Shown one piece after another: positions 46,322 to 57,984 of a stretch of 64,000 nucleotides of DNA. The DNA is from Heterodontus francisci (Eukaryota). Numbering within the stretch: position 1 is the first letter of the stretch; the number at the start of each line of letters is the position of its first letter. The translations under genes were made by a program, and so were the position numbers. Location of the stretch: assembly GCF_036365525.1 (NCBI RefSeq), contig NC_090385.1, positions 18,705,803 through 18,769,802 on the forward strand, in the 5' to 3' direction. The notes under the pieces are model-generated. The model did not search any database. It was not told the DNA's origin and saw nothing but the letters and a program-made list of their open reading frames with translations.

Positions 46322-49300
46322 CATAAGAACTAGGAGCAGGGGTAGGCCGTCCGGCCCCTCGAGCCTGCTCCGCCATTCAATAAGATCATGGCTGATCTTT
46401 TCGTGGACTCAGATCCACTTACCCACGCTCTCACCATATCCCTTATTTCCTTTATTGTTCAAAAAGATATCTACCTTAGCTTTAAAAACGTTTACTGAAG
46501 AAGCGTCAACTACTTCACTGGGCAAGGAATTCCATAGATTAACAACCCTCTGGGTGAAGAAGTTCCTTCTTAATTCAGTCCTAAATCTGCTCCCTCTAAT
46601 CTTGAGGCTATGCCCTCTTGTCCTAGCTTCACCTGCCAGTGGAAACATACTCTCTATTCCCTTCATGATTTTATATGTTTCTATAAGATCCCCCCTCATT
46701 CTTCTGAATTCCAATGAATATAATCCCAATCTACTCAGTCTCTCCTCATAAGCCAACCCCCTCAACTCCGGAATCAACCTAGTGAACCTCCTCTGCACCC
46801 TCTCCAGTGCCAGTACATCCTTTCTCAAGTAAGGAGACCAAAACTGCACACAGTACTCCAGGTGCGGCCTCACCAGTACCTTATACAGCTGCAACATAAC
46901 CTCTCTGCTTTTAAACTCAATCCCTTTAGCAATGAAGGACAAAATTCCATTTGCCTTCCTAATTACCTGCTGTACCTGCAGACCAACCTTCTGCGATTCA
47001 TGCACAAGGACACCTAGGTCCCTCTGCATAGCAGCATGCTGCAACTTTTTACCATTCAAGTAATAATCCTTTTTACTGTTACTCCTACCGAAATGAATGA
47101 CTTCACATTTATTAACATTGTATTCCATCTGCCAGACCTTTGCCCGCTCACTCAATGTATCTATGTTCCTCTGCAAAGTTTCACAGTCATCTGCACACTT
47201 TGCTCTGCCACTCATATTAGTGTCATCTGCAAACTTTGACACCCTACACGTGGTCCCCAACTCCAAATCATCTATATAAATTGTAAATAATTGCGGTCCC
47301 AACACCAATCCCTGAGGCATGCCACTAGTGATTGATTGCCAACCAGAATAGCACTCATTTATCCCCACTCCCTGCTTCCTGTTAGTCAACCAATCCTCTA
47401 TCCATGCTAATAGTTTACCTCTAACGCCATGCATCCTTATCTTATGCAGCAGCCTCTTGTGCGGCACCTTGTCGAAGGCCTTTTGGAAATCTAGGTACAC
47501 CACATCCACTGGGTCCCCATTGTCCACCTTGCTCGTAATGTCATCATAGAATTCCAAAAGATTTGTCAAGCATGACCTGCCCTTCATGAACCCATGCAGC
47601 GTCTGCCCAATGGGACAATTTCTATTGAGATGCCCTGCTATTTCTTCCTTGATAATAGACTCAGGCATCTTCCCCACTACAGAGGTTAAGCTAACCGGTC
47701 TATAATTCCCCATCTTTTGTCTACCTCCCTTTTTAAACTGTGGCATCACATCTGCTGTTTTCCAATCTGCTGGGACTACCCCAGAGTCCACCGAATTTTG
47801 GAAAATTACCGCCAGTGCGCCTGCTATTTCTCCGTCATCTCTTTTAGTACCCTGGGATGCATTCCATCAGGGCCAGGAGACTTATCAATCCTTAGCTCCA
47901 TTAGCTTGCCCAACACTACCTCTTCCGTAATAATGATTGTTTCCAGGTCCTCACCTACGTTCGTCTCTTTGTCAATTACTGGCATGTTATTAATGTCCTC
48001 CACTGTGAAGACCGATACAAAATACCTGTTCAATGCCTCGGCCATTTCATCATATCCCATAACTAAATTTCCCTTCTCATCCTCTAAAGGACCAACGTTT
48101 ACTTTAGCCACTCTTTTTTTGTTTTATATATTTATAGAAACTTTTGCTATCTGTCTTTATATTCTGTGCTAGTTTTTTCTCCTGTTCTATCTTACTTTAT
48201 AGCTCTTTTTGTGGCTTTCTGTTGACCTTTAAAGATTTCCCAATCTTCTAGTTTCATGCTGTTTTTAGCCACTTTGTATGCCTTCTCTTTCAATTTGATA
48301 GCCTCCCTTATTTCCTTAGACACCCATGGCAGATTACCCCTTTTCTTCCAGTCCTTCCTTTTCACTGGAATATACTTTTGCTGAGCACTTTGAAAATTTG
48401 CTGCTCGTCAACTGTCCCACCATAAAATCTTTGTTTCCCGTCTACTTTAGCCAAGTCCTCCCTCGTTCTATTGTAGTCCCCCTTGTTCAAGCGCAGGACC
48501 CTGGTATTGGATTTTATCTTCACACTCCATCTGTATTCTAAATTCAACTATACTATGATCACTCCTTCCAAGAGGATCCCTAACTATGAGGTCATTAATT
48601 ATTCCTGTCTCATTACACAGGTCTATTATAATTATAAAGCACTAGGAACGAAATTAAGGAACAGGTCCTCGAGGGACCTATCCTGTTAGATCTAGGATAG
48701 CTTGCTTCCTCGTCGGTTCCATTACATAATGTTCAAGAAAACTATCAGGGATACACTCAACGAACTCCTCCTCAAGGCTACCCTGACTGAGCTGGTTCGA
48801 CCAATCTACATGTAGATTAAAATCCCCCATGATAATTGCCGTACCATTTTTACAGGCATTAGTTATTTCTTTGTTTATTGCCCGCCCTAATGTGATATTA
48901 TTTGGTGGCCTATAGACTACGCCTATCAATGACTTTTTCTTCTTGGAGTTTCTAATTTCCACCCAAATGGATTCAACCTCATTCTCCATAGAACCTATAT
49001 CATCTCTCAGCACCGCCCTGATGTCGTCCTTGACTATCAGAGCTACACCACCTCCCTTACCTTCCTGTCTGTCCTTCCGAATAGTCTGGTACCGCTGGAT
49101 ATTTAACTCCCAGTCGTGACCAACCTGTAACCATGTCTCCGTAATGGCTACCAAATCATATTCATTCGCGATGATTTGTGCCATTAACTCATCAACCTTG
49201 TTACGAATGCTACGAGCATTCAGGTAAAGTGCCTTTATGCTAGCTTTCTTACCCTCATGATTTCCAACATCTCTAATAATAACTCCTGAGATATCCTTCC

Positions 49301-50058
49301 TTTCTGCTTCTTTCATAGTCTGCCTTGAGCTTAAACCCTCCTGCACACATGTTAATCTGCTGCTTACCTTTTTATTTACCATCATACTCCCTGTGATTTT
49401 CCCTTTCCCTTCCCCCCGACTCACTAGTTTAAAGTCCTAGAGACCACCCTATTTATCCGTTTCGCTAGAACACTGGTTCCAGATCGGTTCAGGTGGCGAC
49501 CGTCCCATCGGTACAGATACCCCCGGTTCCAAAACTGATGCCAATGCCCCATGAAATGGAACCCCTCTTTCCCACACCACTCCCTTAGCCACGTGTTTAC
49601 TTCCCTAATATTCTTATCCCTAAGCCAATGTGCACGTGGCTCGGGCAGTAATCCGGAGATTATGACCCTCGAGGACCTGTTCCTTAATTTCGTTCCTAGT
49701 GCTTTATAATCCCCAAACAGGTCCTCCATCCTAGCCTTGCCTATGTTGTTAGTCCCAACGTGGACCACAACAACTGGATCCTCCCCCTCCCGCTCCAATA
49801 TCCTTTCAAGCCGGTCAGAGATGTCCTGCACCCTGGCACCGGGCAGGCAACACACCATGCGGGACTCCCGATCCGGCTTGCAAAGGATACTATCTATCCC
49901 CCTAATTATAGAATCCCCTATAACTACCACTTGTCTTTTTGCTCCCCCCTCTTGAATGGCCTTCTGCACCATGGTGCCATGGTCAGTTGGCTCATCCTCC
50001 CCGCAGCCCTTTTCCTCATCCACACAGGGAGCAAGTATCTCGTGCCTGTTGGATAAGG
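46322..50058 (-). mobile_element. CR1 LINE, near full length (ORF2 plus most of ORF1), relatively young
   Basis: 460-aa RT ORF (46409-47791), APE ORF (48678-49424; LNARSIRNK, AITETW, IIMGDFN) and ORF1 SGNH esterase (49424-50058; VIGDSIIRG, HVGTNN, WDGRHLN). Confidence 0.95.
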
Positions 50059-51500
50059 GAGATGGCAAGGTGAAGTGGGTGCCTGTGAATATGGGTTGGG
50101 GAATTTACATGAAGGGAGAAATTTAGGGAGGATAAGAGGGCAGTGAACTCATGAGAGAGCACGGTGAGTTGAGATGGAAGTTGAAATCACCGAGGATGAG
50201 ATTTCATTTGGTGCTGAGGGAGGAAAACAGTGAAGATATCTCGGTGAAAATTTTTTTACTCTATTTGGGAGGGCGGTAGAGAACAATGATTTTGAATGAG
50301 AGATGCGAGGGGTGGAACAAGGTGACATGCTCGAAGGAGGAGAAAATGGCAGATGGGTTGGTGGAGGGGGGTTGGTGGTCAGGCCAAGGTGTGATTTGCT
50401 GATAAGTGCCACACCACAACCTCACTGGTCTTGATGAGGCAAGTGCTGGGAGATATAGCCAGGCAGGGAAGCTTCATTAAGGAGAAAGGTGTTATCACCC
50501 ATCAGCCAGGTTTCTGTTAAGGCCATGACGTCGGTGCAATCATCCACAATGAGTTTATGGATTACACGAGCCTTGTTCACAAGTGAACAGATGTTCTGGA
50601 GGGAGATGTGTAGAACGGTGATGAAAGCTGATCTGCTGACAGCATCCAAGGGTCAACAGTGGGAGGGGTGAGTTGAACAGGAAGCAGATTGGTAAGATTA
50701 TCCCCCAGTGGGCGCACTGAGTATGAAGATTGACAAGAGAGTGAGATAGGGCAACTGGGGTTTCTGCTCTTTGAGTCAGCCCTTCGGAGCATGCCAAGAG
50801 AGGCACAGAGGGAAGTTGTAGACTTATTTAAGAGAAAGTTAAGCCTGGGACTGGCAAGAGAGCAGGAGGTCAAGGAGTACTGAAGGAGGGTTGGGGGTCG
50901 AGAATTGGGAGGGTAGAGTACCTGTGATGGGAGAGGTGAAAGGAGGCATGACAATAGACAGGTCCAGGAGGGGGAAAGAGAAAAGAAGTAAAATAAAAAG
51001 TGCAAAAGTGGAAATAGAGTGATGGACTTGGGTCCGGAGAAGCAGCCAAAATGTGCATGCAAGTGGACTTGGAAAGCTCAAGTTACATAGGCCTGGTTGC
51101 ATAAAAGTTAGATATCTGAGAGTAAATGGAAAATAAGAAATAGGAGATAATAGGTAGGAGTCCAGAATTAAAGTCAGCGGTTCTGTGGTGGGATAATGAT
51201 GTAGAAAGTGTGGAGCATCGGCAAACTGTTCTCCGAGTTTGGACACGGGTGTAGCAAGTGAAGTCCAGAAGCTGTTTGTGGGTAGGGTGTCGGAGGATGC
51301 ACTAATAGAGGTGTTTTTGTGGATTGAGAACACAGGAGGTGTATCGAGTCACTTGCAGGATCAGAAAGATGATGACGAAATTGAGGACACCATAAAATTC
51401 AGAAGCAGCAGATGTTTGCTGTTTAGCCCAGGCGAGTGATTTTCTGGCCAGGAACAGACTGAAGCGAAAACTCAGTATAACCAGCGCCAAGTCACAGGCT
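50059..51500 (-). mobile_element. L2-clade LINE, 5' part (APE N-terminus and leader)
   Basis: LQNICSLVNK...MALTETWL; reading continues across the CR1 (HPLHLAIS|RGLARP...ISDH); GAGAT is duplicated at 46317-46321 and 50059-50063. Confidence 0.8.
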
Positions 51501-51629
51501 CAGCAGGAGATTGCAGTCTCTCAGTCATGGCAGTGGTGGGGGAAAAAAGCTTTAAACTGATTAAACTTTAAATGTTGCTAAAGAGCAGCAGATCAGAGAC
51601 AGAAGTTGGGCCTTGTGCTATAATCAGTG

Positions 51630-52330
51630 AAATCATTCCTCCAATTCCCCTCTAATCCTTCTACCAATTATTTTAAATCTATGCCCGCTGGTTATTGACC
51701 TCTCTAAGGGAAATTGTTCCTTCCTATTCGCTCTATTTAGATCAGCCATAATTTTATAGACCTCAGTTAAATCTCCCCTCAGCTTCCTCTGTTCCAAAGA
51801 AAGCAATTTCAGACGATCTAATCTTAACTCTTAACCAAATTTTTCCAGTCCTGGCAATGTCCTCATAAATCTCCTGTGTATCCTCTCTAGTGTGATCACA
51901 CCCTTCCTGTGATGTGATGGCTATAACTGTATGCAGTACTGTAGCTGTGTCCTAACTAGTATTTTATACAGTTCTAGCATAACCTCCCTGCTCTTATATT
52001 CTGTTCCTCAGCTAATAAAGGGAAGAATTCTATATGCCTTCTTAACCACGTTATTTACCTGTCCTGCTACCTTCAGGGATTTGCGGACAAGGTCCCTCTG
52101 TTTCAGTGCACTTTTCTGAATCCTGCCATTTATTGTGTATTCACTTGTTTTGTTTGCCCTCCCCAAATGCATTACCTCACTTCTCTGGACTGAATTCCAT
52201 TTGCTACTTTTCTGCCCACCTAACCAGTCCATTGCTATCTTCCTGCAGTCTACAGCTTTCTTCCTCACTATCAGCCATAAACTACTTCATGCTCCCTACT
52301 TATAAGTCTCAATCCTTGATATATACCATG
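51630..52330 (-). mobile_element. CR1 3' fragment
   Basis: EVMHLGRAN...QRDL...AYRILPFIS. Confidence 0.82.
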
Positions 52331-53997
52331 AAGACAGAGACTGTCCACGGTAAACTGGGTAGATCTGTTAATGGGCCAAACGACTGAAGAACAGTGGACA
52401 ATATTTAAAGAAACATTTAATGAAATACAGAGCGAGTATATACCCCTGAGAGGAAAAAGCTCCACTTCACAGAAAAAAAACAGCCATGTACAACTAAAGA
52501 GATTAAGGATCGCATAAAACAAAAAGGGCTTACAAAAATGCAAAATGCAGCACAGATCCGGCCGAATGGGATCGATACAAAGACCAGCAAAGGGACACAA
52601 AGCAGCTTATAAGAACGACTAAAAAAGATTATGAAAGGAAACTTGCAAGGGACACCAAAATCAATGAGAAGAAATTTTATAGTTACATAAAGGGAAAGCG
52701 GGTGGTCAAGAGCAATGTAGGCCCACTAAAAGCTGGAAATGGAGATATTGTCATTGATAATGGGGAAATGGCAGACATGTTGAACAATTACTTTGCCTCA
52801 GTATTTACAGTTGAAAAGGAAGATAACTTGCTGGAAGTCCTGAAAAAATTAATAGCCGATAGGGGACAGGGACTTAATACAAATAACGTAAGTAAATCAT
52901 CAGTAACAAGGAATTTAATGGAACTAAAGAGTGAGAAATCCCCAGGACCTGATGGTTTCCATCCGAGGGTGTTAAAGGAAGTAGGGGAGCGCATTGTAGA
53001 TGCCCAAACTATAGTCTTTCAGAGTTCCCTAGATTCAAGATTGGTCCCTCTGGATTGGAAAGTTGCACATGTCACTCCATTTTTTAAGAAGGGTGAAAGG
53101 GGGAACAAAGAAAATGACAGACCAGTTAGCCTGACATCTGTGGTGGGCAAGTTGCTGGAGTCTATAATCAAGGATAGGGTGACTGAACACCTAGAAAAAT
53201 TTCAGTTAATCAGGGACAGCCAGCATGGATTCATGACAGGAAGGTCATGCCTGACAAGTCTCATTGAATTTTTTGAAGAGGTGACTAAGGTAGTGGACAG
53301 GGGAATGTCTATGGATGTTATTTATATGGGCTTCCAGAAGACATTTGATAAAGTCCCACATAAGAGACTGTTAACTAAGGTAGAAGCCCATGGAGTTGAG
53401 AGCAAATTATAGACATGGTTGGGAAGTGTGTTGAGTGGTAGGCGACAGAGAGTGGGGATAATGGGTAAGTACTCCGATTTGGCAGGATGTGACTGGTGGT
53501 GTCCTGCAGGGATCTGTGTTGGGGCCTCAATTATTCACATTATTCATTAACTTGGATGATGGCATAGTAAGTCATTTATCCAAATTTGCTGATGATACAA
53601 AGTTAGGCGGCATTGTAGACAGTCTAGATGATAGCATAAAGTTGCAAAGAGATATTGACACTAGGTGAGTGGGCCAAACTGTGGCAGATGGAATTCCATG
53701 TGGGCAAGTGAGAGATTATCCATTTTGGACCAAAAAAGGATAGAGCAGGGTACTTTCTAAATGGGAAGAAGTTAAGTACAGTGGATGTTCAAAGAGACTT
53801 GGGGGTTCAGGTGCATAGATCTTTAAAATGCCACGAGCAAGTGCAGAAAATAATCAAAAAAGCTAATGGAATGCTCGCCTTTATATCTAGAGGATTGGAG
53901 TATAAAGAGACAGAGGTTATGCTGCAGCTGTACAAAACCCTGGTTAGACGCACTTGGAGCACTGTGAGCAGTTCTGGGCACCACACCTTAGGAAGGA
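52331..53997 (+). mobile_element. CR1 ORF2 internal fragment
   Basis: 236-aa ORF with KSPGPDGFHPRVLKE and QHGFMTGRSCLTSL; KFADDTK downstream. Confidence 0.9.
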
Positions 53998-53999
53998 AC

Positions 54000-54972
54000 T
54001 GGTAGTAAGCTTAATAAAATATATAAAAATAAAGAAATAAAATAATTAAGTAGTTAATTGAAACGCATTGAAGATGGCAGGACATGATGTGTGATGTGTC
54101 ATGGCTGAAGCATATGGGAGCTCCTGGATGCTAGAGTGATTCAGGGCAAACATGTCTGCAGTAAGTGTTTGTGGCTCTAAGAGCTTTGGCTCAGAGTCAT
54201 TGAACTGGAGGCGGCGCTACAGACACTGCGATGCATCAGGGAGGGAGAAAGTTACCTGGACACTTTGTACCAGGAGGCGGTCACAATCCTTAGGATAGAG
54301 TCTCCTGATTTGGTCAGTGGTCAGGGGTACCTGCCAGCTGAGGCAGGTAAGGGGACCCATAGGGCAGAAGTGCAGGAGCCTCAGCCTTTGCAATTATCCA
54401 ACAAGTTTGAGGTTCTTTCAGCTTGTTTGGACGAGAGTGGGGCTGCAGGATGGATGAGTATCTTGACCATGGCACCATGGTACAAGATGCCATTCAAGTG
54501 GAGGGAGAAAGAAGGAATGTAGTGGTAATAGGGGACAGTATAGTTAGGGGGATTGACACTGTTCTCTGCAGCAAAGAGCGAGAGTCCAGTCGGCTGTGTT
54601 GCCTGCCTGGTGCCAGGATTTGGGACATTTGCTCAATGCTGGTGGGGAACTTACAGTGGGAAGGGAAGTCGTTGTGGTCCATGTAGGTACCAATGACATA
54701 GGCAGGACAAGGAAAGAGGTTCTGCATAGTCAGTATGAAGAGCTAGGCACAAAATTAAGAAGCAGAACCTCGAGATTAATAATCTCTGGATTATTAGCTG
54801 AACCACTTGCAAATTGGCATAGGGGAAATAAGATTAGAGAAATGAACGCGTGGCTCATAGACTGGTGTGGTAGAAGTGGGTTCCAGTTCATGGGGCACTG
54901 GCATCAGTACTGGGAAAAGTGGTGGCTGTACCATTGGGACAGTCTACACCTGAACCGTGCTGGGGCCAGTGT
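54000..54972 (+). mobile_element. CR1 ORF1 fragment (decayed Cys-rich N-terminus plus SGNH esterase)
   Basis: HVCSKCLWL, VIGDSIVRG, HVGTND, WDSLHLN. Confidence 0.85.
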
Positions 54973-55624
54973 TCTTTTTATCTGTCCCAATATTTCCTTA
55001 TGTGGCTTGGTATCAAACTTTGCTTGATGACACTCCTGTAAAGCACCTTTGGATATTTTGCTACTTTAAAGGCTCAGTGGAGCATGAACACTGGCATAGA
55101 CCAGTTGGGCAAATGGCCCATCTCTGCTGTAGACTCAATGTAACTCAATGATATTTCCACTAGTTGGTCATTTGATAACAAAAGATCAATTTAAGATCAC
55201 TATGAAAAGAATGAAAAGATATTAGAAGTTTTTTTTAAATGCAGAGTGTTGATGGACATGGTATGCCTCAAAGGAACACTGGTGGAAACAGAATCAATAG
55301 CTTTTTTTAAAAAAGGGAAAAAGAAACATTCCAAAGGGTATAGGGAAAGGGCAAGGGAATGAACCTAAGTAGATAGTTCTTTCAGAGAGCTGGTATTGGC
55401 ATGATGGATGATGGCAAATTCCAAATATTTTCATTTCTCTAACCGTAAAAGTTTTAGTCCCCATAATCTCTTTTTCCCACCCCCCCCCCCCCCCCCCCCC
55501 CCGGCCCCAAAGCTCCACAATTTAAAACCTGCTATTATCTTAATCATCCGTTGAACTCTTTCCAATACCATTTCATAAGAATGAGGCCTGAATTAAAGAA
55601 CATCCACATTCACCATGTCTCACA

Positions 55625-56372
55625 AGTGTGAATTTGTCCACTTTGGCCAGAAAAATAGAAAAACATATTATTCAAATGGAGAGAGATTGTAGAACTCGGA
55701 GATGCAGAGGGATCTGGGTGTTCTAGTACACGATTACGAAGGCAAATGCAACGTTGTCATTTATTGCAAGGAGAATGGAATATAAAAGTAGAGATGTTTT
55801 GCTACAGTCGTATAGGGCACTGGTGAGACCACATCTAGAATATTGTGTACAGTTTGGGTCTCCTTACTTAAAGGATATAATTGCATTGGAAGCAGTTCAG
55901 AGAAGGTTTACTCGATTGTTTCCTGGAATGAAAGGGTTGTCTTATGAGGAAAGGTTGAATATAGACCCAATCTGTCCATTGGAGTTTAGAAGGATAAGTG
56001 ATTTTATTGAAACACAGATCCTGAGGGGACTTGACAGGGTGGATGTTGAAAGGATGTTTCTCCTTGTGGGAGAAAATTAAACTAGGAGGCACAGTTTAAA
56101 AATAAGGGGTTTTCCATTTAAGACAGAGATGAGGAGAAATTTTTTCTGAGTGTTGTGAGTCTGCGGAACTCTCTTCCCCGGAGACCAGTGGAGGCAGGGC
56201 CATTGAACGCTTTTTAGCTGAGGTAGACAGATTCTTGACAAACAAGGCAGTCAAAGGGTCTCGGGGGTAGGTGGGAAAGTGGAGTTGTGGCCACAAACAA
56301 ATCAGCCACGATCTTATAGAGCGGCGGGGCAGGTTTGAGGATTTGAATGGCCTACTTCTGCTCCTAGTTCAT
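55625..56372 (+). mobile_element. CR1 3' fragment
   Basis: RPHLEYCVQF...VQRRFTRL. Confidence 0.88.
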
Positions 56373-56924
56373 ACGCATACATACATGTATATATGGCTAT
56401 ATACATTCAGGTAAAAAGTTTGCACGTGCCTCATGTATTTCACTTGAAAGTATGCATTACATTGGTACCTGATTGGTTTGAAAAATCTTACAATAGCAAA
56501 TTGCAACTGAACAAGTAGGGAATCTATCGATACATAACTAGCAGATTTAAAAAGTCAGTAATTACCAAATGGTTAGTATCATCATTACTTGATATCTAAA
56601 AAGGGTATCCTGGAATTTGTAAGCAATTGCCAAGTAATGACATCAGGATACCAATGAATTGTTACAATTGCTCAGTCTCAGGAGGGGAGGTGGGATTTCT
56701 GCTTCAGCTGGTTTGTATAAACTTCCTTCAGCAAACAGCTATTAGCCTTGAGATGTGTTTGCTTGCAGCATCCTTCCATAAGCAGTTGAAAAAGATTAGA
56801 TATCTGCACCAATCAAGTTAGACTTTGTGGCCTTAACCAAGTTTAAAAACAGCTGGCAACTTTCTTCAAAGCTGTCCCTTTCATGCCTGTTCGGAAAAGA
56901 TGATCAAGATTTAGCCACTATTAC

Positions 56925-57165
56925 ATAGAGTCATAGACATTTACAGCATAGAAGACAACCATTCAGCCCATCAAGTCCATGCCAGCTATCCGCAGAGCAA
57001 TCAAGTCAGTCCCACTGCTCCGCTGATTCTTGTAGCCCTGCAAGTTTATTTCCTTCAAATGCCCATCCGATTTCCTTTTGAAATCAGTAATTTCCATTTT
57101 CACCACCCTCGTAGGCAGCGAGTTCCAGGTCATTACCACTCGCTGAGTAAAAAGGTTCTTCACAT
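56925..57165 (-). mobile_element. CR1 3' end fragment
   Basis: FTQRVVMTWNSLP and CR1 tail. Confidence 0.75.
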
Positions 57166-57479
57166 AGTACATTGTGTTTAACATGTAACATTCCTGTGAT
57201 TATAGGACAGCTTATCCTCTGACTTAAAATTATAAATGCCATGGAGATCTGCTAGTACTTGGGGGTATCTCATAAATTCTCTCAATGATCTTAAAGCATT
57301 TAATGCAGTGTGAACACTAACTGAGAATCAGGGTTATGCTATAGGAGGCAAATCTTACCAGCATTCCTCAGCAGTAGTGCCGCTATTAAGTTTATAGGAT
57401 CATTTCCTCAATAACACTTACTAAGCAGTGAGGGGGCAGTGAAAAGGAGGGAAAAATATGGAAAGGAGGGAATCTTTGG

Positions 57480-57660
57480 GGGTGTTGGTAAGGATTCTTT
57501 TACCTCTGGGTCAGGATTGAAATTCAGTGCAGACTAAGGGCACAAAACTTTTCTTCAGTTGACTGGGACGGTCTTATGTGAAATAAGTATATTGAGTCAC
57601 AACTAATTCCCAATGAGTATAAACCCACTAAACACAGAGCAGCTATTAATCTGTAGTTTT
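57480..57660 (+). mobile_element. Highly decayed LF-SINE-like element
   Basis: cttttacctctgggtca...aattcag and gtcttatgtgaaataagt...gtcaca.ctaattccc resemble the LF-SINE consensus as I recall it. Confidence 0.4.
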
Positions 57661-57984
57661 AGTCGGTGAGGTCACAAGATCAACTGGCGTGAAAAACTAA
57701 CAAACAATCCCAGTGAGCCACTGGGTTTGGGCTATAATTTGGGTATGGGGGAGGAGTTTGACCCTGTATCTGTTCATGAATCAAGGAAATTTAAAACTAT
57801 AATTACTTGAAAGTCTGAGTTACTGAATGCTCTATCCCTTGGCTGGAGAATGAGAAAGCCAGCAACTTGATTATTAAAGTGAAAGTCTGATGAAAACTTG
57901 CTGCCTTCTCTGTGAGTTCACAGCAAACATGAACAAAGCATTTAGGAGTTATATCAATTTTTTTTTTATAAAGACCAGATGAAC

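Noticed and set aside
55477-55502. Long poly-C runs (also 4827-4847 and 3429-3441)
   Set aside because: Simple homopolymers of uncertain length with no supporting context.
57455-57520. MERRESLGV as NDUFA1 exon 2
   Set aside because: It lacks the upstream EKR/W residues, a proper acceptor and the expected 90-nt structure.
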